64,000 nucleotides of DNA, from positions 143,716,001-143,780,000 of the forward strand of contig OX597815.1 in the NCBI GenBank assembly GCA_951406725.2, written 5' to 3'. This document shows, piece by piece, positions 58,140-64,000 of the stretch; positions within the stretch are counted from its first letter, which is position 1, and the number at the start of each line of letters is the position of its first letter. Position numbers and translations under genes: made by a program. The notes beneath the pieces are model-generated. The model was not told where the DNA came from. It did no database searches and saw only the letters and a program-made list of their open reading frames with translations. This DNA comes from Octopus vulgaris. Taxonomy: Eukaryota.

Positions 58140-58345
58140 GTGTGTCTGTCTTCATCCACCATCCACTCAGCGTTTGACAAGTGTTCTTAGTTTGTTTACA
58201 TCCTCGTAATTTAATGGGACGACAGTTCATAACAGAATAAGTACCAGACTTAAAAAACAATAAATACTAAGATCAAATGATCGATTAAAACTTCAAGTCC
58301 TTGCCCTAGCATGGCCGCAATCCAATGACTGAGACAAGTGAAAGA
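58140..58345 (+). mobile_element. SINE family B 3' fragment
   Basis: GTTTGACAA..AGAATAAGTACCAG..GCATGGCCGCA..AATGACTGA.ACAAGT as in the 61139 element. Confidence 0.65.
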
Positions 58346-58971
58346 ATTTTTTAAAAAAACTACATTTAATGTCATATAACTATATGCAGCAACATACACA
58401 ACTGCATAAACATTATATATACCTATATATACACAGGTTTGTATAATGTCATATATATTCTGAAATTACACAAAACGCTATATAGCAACATATAATGTCA
58501 TATATATATATAATTTTTTTCTCAGCAACCACAAACCAGATGAGTCTATTCACCTCTAAAAATAGAGATCAGTCGTCTTATTTCATTCCATAACGGCAAC
58601 ATCTGATGAGCGCAGGGTTGCATAATCGGACTGTTACCTAACACTCCGTTGAAACCCTAGCACGAAAGCGATTGGTAAGTTCGGCCATAATGGATATATA
58701 ATACTGTACACTTCGATTAATTATATATGTATATATACCAACATATATGTATATATAATGTTATATATGTCATTAAAACGATATATAACGTGACACACAA
58801 CGTTATGTAAGAGATGAGACAGTTAAAAGATCAAACGACATATAATAGAATATTACATACAACGTTTATATAATAACATAAATGTTCATGGCTTCAGAGA
58901 CTTGCTTCATTGCAACGTGATCCCAAGTTCCATGTTAATGAGCAGCACACATTGAGAAATCCTTGCGTATT

Positions 58972-59190
58972 GGTTCAAATTTTGGCACAAGGCAGGCAAT
59001 TCCGGGGGATGAGTTAAGTCGATCACACCGATCCCAGTGTTCAACTGGTACTTATCTTATCGACCCCGAAATGGTAAAAGGCAAAGACAACCTCAGTGGA
59101 ATTTGAGTTCAAATATAAAGATGGGCAAAATGCTTAGAGGCATTCCCCCCCCCTTCCCCAGCATATTAACGATTCTGTCAGCTCGCGCCC
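58972..59190 (-). mobile_element. SINE family A (diverged)
   Basis: Reverse complement of head and central domain. Confidence 0.8.
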
Positions 59191-59228
59191 TTCGAGAAAT
59201 CTTTCCATAATTAGTTTTATGTTATAAA

Positions 59229-59416
59229 GGCAGCAAACTGACAGAATCATTTGCGCGTCGAACAAAAAATGATCAGTGGCATTTTTTCCATTTCTTTACG
59301 TTCTAAGTTCAAATTCGACTTTTCGAGGTTGATAAAATAAATAGCAAAGCACTGGGGTTGATGTAATTTACTAATTATCTACTTTAAAACTGCTGGCTAG
59401 TGCCAAAATTTGAAAC
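59229..59416 (+). mobile_element. SINE family A (diverged), head-to-head with the previous copy
   Basis: GGCAGCAAACTGACAGAATC..GTTCAAATTC..GATAAAATAA..GCCAAAATTTGAAAC. Confidence 0.75.
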
Positions 59417-59439
59417 TATTTCTCAATGTCCATAGCGTG

Positions 59440-59570
59440 TCTATGACGGTCACCTGTCCGTAACGTGGATATAAAGGACATCTGACCATAACGTGGATAT
59501 GAAGGATGTTTATAGTCTAAATATGAAGAATAGTAAACATCGCCTAAATATAGAGGACATTGTCCACAGT
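59440..59570. repeat. ~29-bp degenerate tandem repeat
   Basis: TAACGTGGATATAAAGGAC / TAACGTGGATATGAAGGAT plus flanking variants. Confidence 0.55.
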
Positions 59571-59984
59571 TAGAATGTGAGAGAGGATGTCTGTATTCCT
59601 TGCTGTGATTATTAGACTGTTAGGGCAAATATAATTGATGTTTAGCTTGAATTTCAGTGAATTGATGTTGTAGGGGAAAATGACAAATAAGGTAGCGGCG
59701 GAATTTCATTAGGCAGTGGGTCTAAGGAGGCGGTAGGTCTAAGGTGGGTCTAAACATTAAGGAATGTTTAATATGGAGATTAGGAAGTGAATGTGATATA
59801 AATTTTGAAGAAAATAAGGGTCATGGGATGAGGGCAGTGAAAAGGTAACTAGAGAGACACCAATGTAATAGAGAACTTCTTAATAATCGTTCGACCAGCC
59901 TGTTGGGAACTGGTGTGTATAAAAACACACACACACATATATATATATACATATATATATCTACATATATACATATAATCTATC

Positions 59985-60074
59985 GCAGGCATGGTAGTCT
60001 GATAAGAAGCTTGCTTCCCAACCACATGGTTCTGGGTTCAGTGAGTGGTTTTGGTAGACGGAAACTGAAAGAAG

Positions 60075-60108
<34 letters not shown>

Positions 60109-60330
60109 GTGTGTGTGTGTGTGTGTGTATGTTTGTGTGTCTGTGTTTGTTCCCCTGCCATCGTTTGACAACCGATGTTGGTGTGTTTACGTCCCCGAAA
60201 CTTAGCGGTTCGGCAAAAAGCTGAATACAATAATTACTAAACTTTCAAAGAATAGGTCCTGGGGTCGATTTCTTCGACTAAAAGCGGTGCACCAGTATGG
60301 CCAGTCAAATGACTGAAACATGTAAAAGAA
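59985..60330 (+). mobile_element. SINE family B, internally deleted
   Basis: Colinear with 61139-61580 (AAGCTTGCTTCCCAACCACATGG, GGTAGACGGAAACTGAAAGAA, TTAGCGGTTCGGCAAAA). Confidence 0.85.
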
Positions 60331-60474
60331 TGTATTAGATATATATTTATTCATATATTTCTTTCTTTCTTTATATTTATATATATGTATATATCTATAT
60401 ATACACACATGTATGTGTGTGTGTATATATATATATATGTGTGTGTTTGTTTGTGTGTGTGTGTGAGTGTGTAT

Positions 60475-60514
<40 letters not shown>

Positions 60515-61016
60515 GGAAAGAAGTGGCGAATATCCACGCAGGAAAAATATAGGAGAATTTGTTTTTGAAAATGCGCAATTATAACGAATCAAAAATTAGA
60601 TCCGTTCACGGAAGAACTTATAAATATACTGATTCCAAAGCACTCCGTTGCAAGCGGAAAATCTTGTACGCGACGGGAAAAAAAAACACACGCAAGATGA
60701 TAGAAACTGTAACAAAATCCCCTTTTTTACTCTCTTCTTTTCTTCTTTTTCTTTCTTAACTCAGTATGACCGAAATTTTGCTGATCTACATTTTTTTTTT
60801 CTTCGCCGATCAGTTTTGGTATTATTGAATTTTCTGAACATTTAATTATTTAAACATATTTTCTACTTCACAATTAAAATTTTTTTAAATCCCGTTCGTT
60901 TATACCATTGATAAACAAAAAAAAAAATTGTTGAAACTGGTTTGGAATGTATGTAAATATATTTATTTACAAACAATTACAAGTTTTTCATAGTCAGGTG
61001 CATTTTCAAAAAAAAG

Positions 61017-61052
<36 letters not shown>

Positions 61053-61138
61053 ACAATCGACAAACATCATCCTGTAAATATTCATTTAGCTCTATTTATT
61101 GATTACAATCATATGTATAAGTAATCAAAATAAACATA

Positions 61139-61300
61139 GGCGCAGGAGTGGCTGTGTGGTAAGTAGCTTGCTAACCAACCACATGGTTGCGGGTTCAGTC
61201 CCACTGCGTGGCATCTTGGGCAAGTGTCTTCTGCTATAGCCCCGGGCCGACCAATGCCTTGTGAGTGGATTTGGTAGACGGAAACTGAAAGAAGCCTGTC

Positions 61301-61352
<52 letters not shown>

Positions 61353-61580
61353 TTGTGTGTCTGTGTTTGTCCCCCTAGTGTTTGACAACCGATGATGGTG
61401 TGTCTACAACCGATGATGGTTTGTCTACGTCCCCGCCACTTAGCGGTTCGGCAAAAGAGACCGATAGAATAAGTACTGGGCTTACAAAGAATAAGTTCCG
61501 GGTCGATTTGATCGACTAAAGGCGGTGCTCCAGCATGGCCGCAGTCAAATGACTGAAACAAGTAAAAGAGTAAAGAGTAA
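61139..61580 (+). mobile_element. tRNA-derived SINE family B, full length, with internal (TA)n(TG)n
   Basis: Head GGCGCAGGAGTGGCTGTGTGGTAAG, B-box GGTTCAGTCCC, tail AAACAAGTAAAAGAGTAAAGAG. Confidence 0.9.
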
Positions 61581-62109
61581 AGAGAGAGTAAATGAAATAA
61601 GCAAATAAACAAGTAAATAAATAGATAAATAAAAATAAATAAGTGAATAATAATAAATGAGTGAAAAAAACACTTTGCCTTATAAATTCTGGGTAAATTT
61701 CTGTTTTACTCCCACTCATACCTAGTATTCAATTGCGATACTGCCCTGCAATAGTTAGCACTTGGATATAAATACGTAGGTATACATACATTAGTATATT
61801 GGATATTTATTATCCCTTAGATGGTTGCTTAACCTCTAACTCATATAGGCATATATATATATGTATATATATATCGGATCCACACACGACTCCGCCTGGA
61901 ACAGCGGTATATCTTTAATCTACGAACAACTATCCCAATCGGACTAAAAACAACCCCCTCCTCCTATTGACTGCTTCTACACCTCCTGCAACAAAGCAAC
62001 CTTATTTCATTTTTCATTTTTGCTTGTAATTGCCGCATGTTATATTGCATTAACTTCTTCTTTATCTCCTTTCAACCTTATTTTCATAATTTATTGTTTT
62101 TATTTCTAT

Positions 62110-63740
62110 ATGCGTGCACACATACACACACATACGTACATATTCACACACACAAAAAACTCACGCACCCGTGCACACACATGAACGCACATATACCTCC
62201 CACACACACCGCACACATACAACACACATACATGAACATATACACACACACATTCTTCCACACACATACACACACGCACACTCACACATGCACACACACA
62301 TGCACACACACGCACACATACACGCATACATACACACACCCACATACACCCACGCGCACACACACATATTCATGTACACACACACATATACACGCACAGG
62401 AATGCACAGATACTTAACCCACACAACCCCACGCACATGCAGACACACATACCTATATACAGACACACACATAAACGTACGCAGTGCACACAACCACATA
62501 CACATACATACTCAAGCACACTCACATACACACATAACCCGACACACATCTTTACGTTCACACACGCACATACACACATGCAGACGGATATATACACACG
62601 TACATACACATACACATACTAGCACATGTACATACACATACAGACACGCACACAATTACACACACATGGGTACAAACACACACGCACATATACGCACACA
62701 TGCACTCATGCACATACACACAGGTACGCACATATACGCCTAGACAAACCCCCCCACACAACCTATGCACACACGCATACACAAATTCACATACACACAT
62801 ACATATACATACACACACGATATATACATACACGCACATACATACACATACACATATAGACACATACACACACGCACACACATGCGCACACATACGCACG
62901 CACACACGCACACGAATGCACACATACCTAACACTCACATCTCGCATGCACATATATACACCCGCATACGCACACAGGCACACTCATACACATGCACACA
63001 TACATGCGCACACAACTACACGCACATACATATACACACGTACGCACACACACGCACATGAATACACGCGCAAAAACCCCACCTATACCCCTTACACAAC
63101 CTTCGTTCACACACATGCACAAACACTCATACACACACGCGCACACATGCACACACACAAAATACACACGCACACACACACATGTACACGCGCACACACA
63201 TGTATGCACATGCACACACATACACACACAAGCACACGCAAATGAACCCATACGTACCTCTCATACACACACAGCACACACTCATACATACAGGCACACA
63301 ATTATACATACATGTACACACACGTACATAGAAGCACACACATGCACACATACACATAGTAAAGTACAGTTACTCCACATACACAACTCCATGCGTACAC
63401 ACATACCCACACGTACACACACATACACATACACACTGCAAACAAAACACACACCACACTACATATACACACACGCACACACACATACTCCAACTACCAG
63501 TACATTTCTACCGACCATTCTCCAACTCACATGTGTAGGTAGACACACAACAGGCAGCCACTCCTACCAAAATTCTTACTATAAATTCTTCCTATGACCT
63601 TAAACGATACTAAGCCCAACCACACACATACAAAAACAGCTACACACTCACTCACACGCAAACGTGCTATCATTACACACAAACACACAGACCTGCACGC
63701 ACGCACATACCCACACATATACACACATACCTCCTTCTCT
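62110..63740. repeat. 1.6-kb degenerate CA-rich low-complexity tract
   Basis: Direct reading. Confidence 0.9.
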
Positions 63741-63784
63741 TGCACTCTCCTGTCTTTGAAAGAACTTTTTCTTCACCCATTCAC

Positions 63785-64000
63785 TTCCGGTCATTACAAT
63801 ATGTGACCGCGTGTGTATCGTTGGCGATTTTCTTTCTCAGTCTTCCCTTCTTTGGACTTTTCTATATTTCTGATGAAGAGCTCTGCTCGAAACGTGAAAT
63901 CCTCTTTCTTTTCTTCCATTTCTTGAGCGTCCAATACCACTGTACTTATTCTACGTCCTCGCGTTGTTGTTTTTTCTTGCTTGTTCATGTTTGGATTAAC
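63785..64000 (+). mobile_element. Penelope-like element terminal-repeat-like segment with a minimal hammerhead motif
   Basis: ATTT CTGATGA A GAGC TCT GCTC GAAAC GTG AAAT at 63866-63900. Confidence 0.6.

Noticed and set aside
62037-63806. His/Thr-rich and Cys/Val-rich ORFs
   Set aside because: Degenerate CA repeat; all frames similarly open

Overview
This is a eukaryotic, AT-rich, repeat-dominated non-coding window (intergenic or intronic). I could not support any intact host gene, exon or RNA gene. The SINE families and very high microsatellite load resemble an octopus (coleoid cephalopod) genome; this assignment is from recall, not a search. Supported content: a full-length degenerate mariner (3399-4650) and a full-length degenerate DD37D/maT element (53240-54547), both with TIRs and TA target duplications; a Tigger-like MITE; a pogo/Tigger transposase remnant; two non-autonomous Helitrons; CR1/L2-type and RTE-type LINE fragments; about 20 tRNA-derived SINE copies from about five families; and many micro- and minisatellites. 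Most ORFs in the track are simple-repeat artefacts. The most notable unexplained signals are several dispersed minimal hammerhead-ribozyme motifs of the Penelope-like type (one inside a ~250-bp inverted repeat), a decayed RTE-like ORF end with three tandem C2H2 zinc fingers, and a ~35-bp-stem hairpin. I found no firm evidence of a new multi-gene system.
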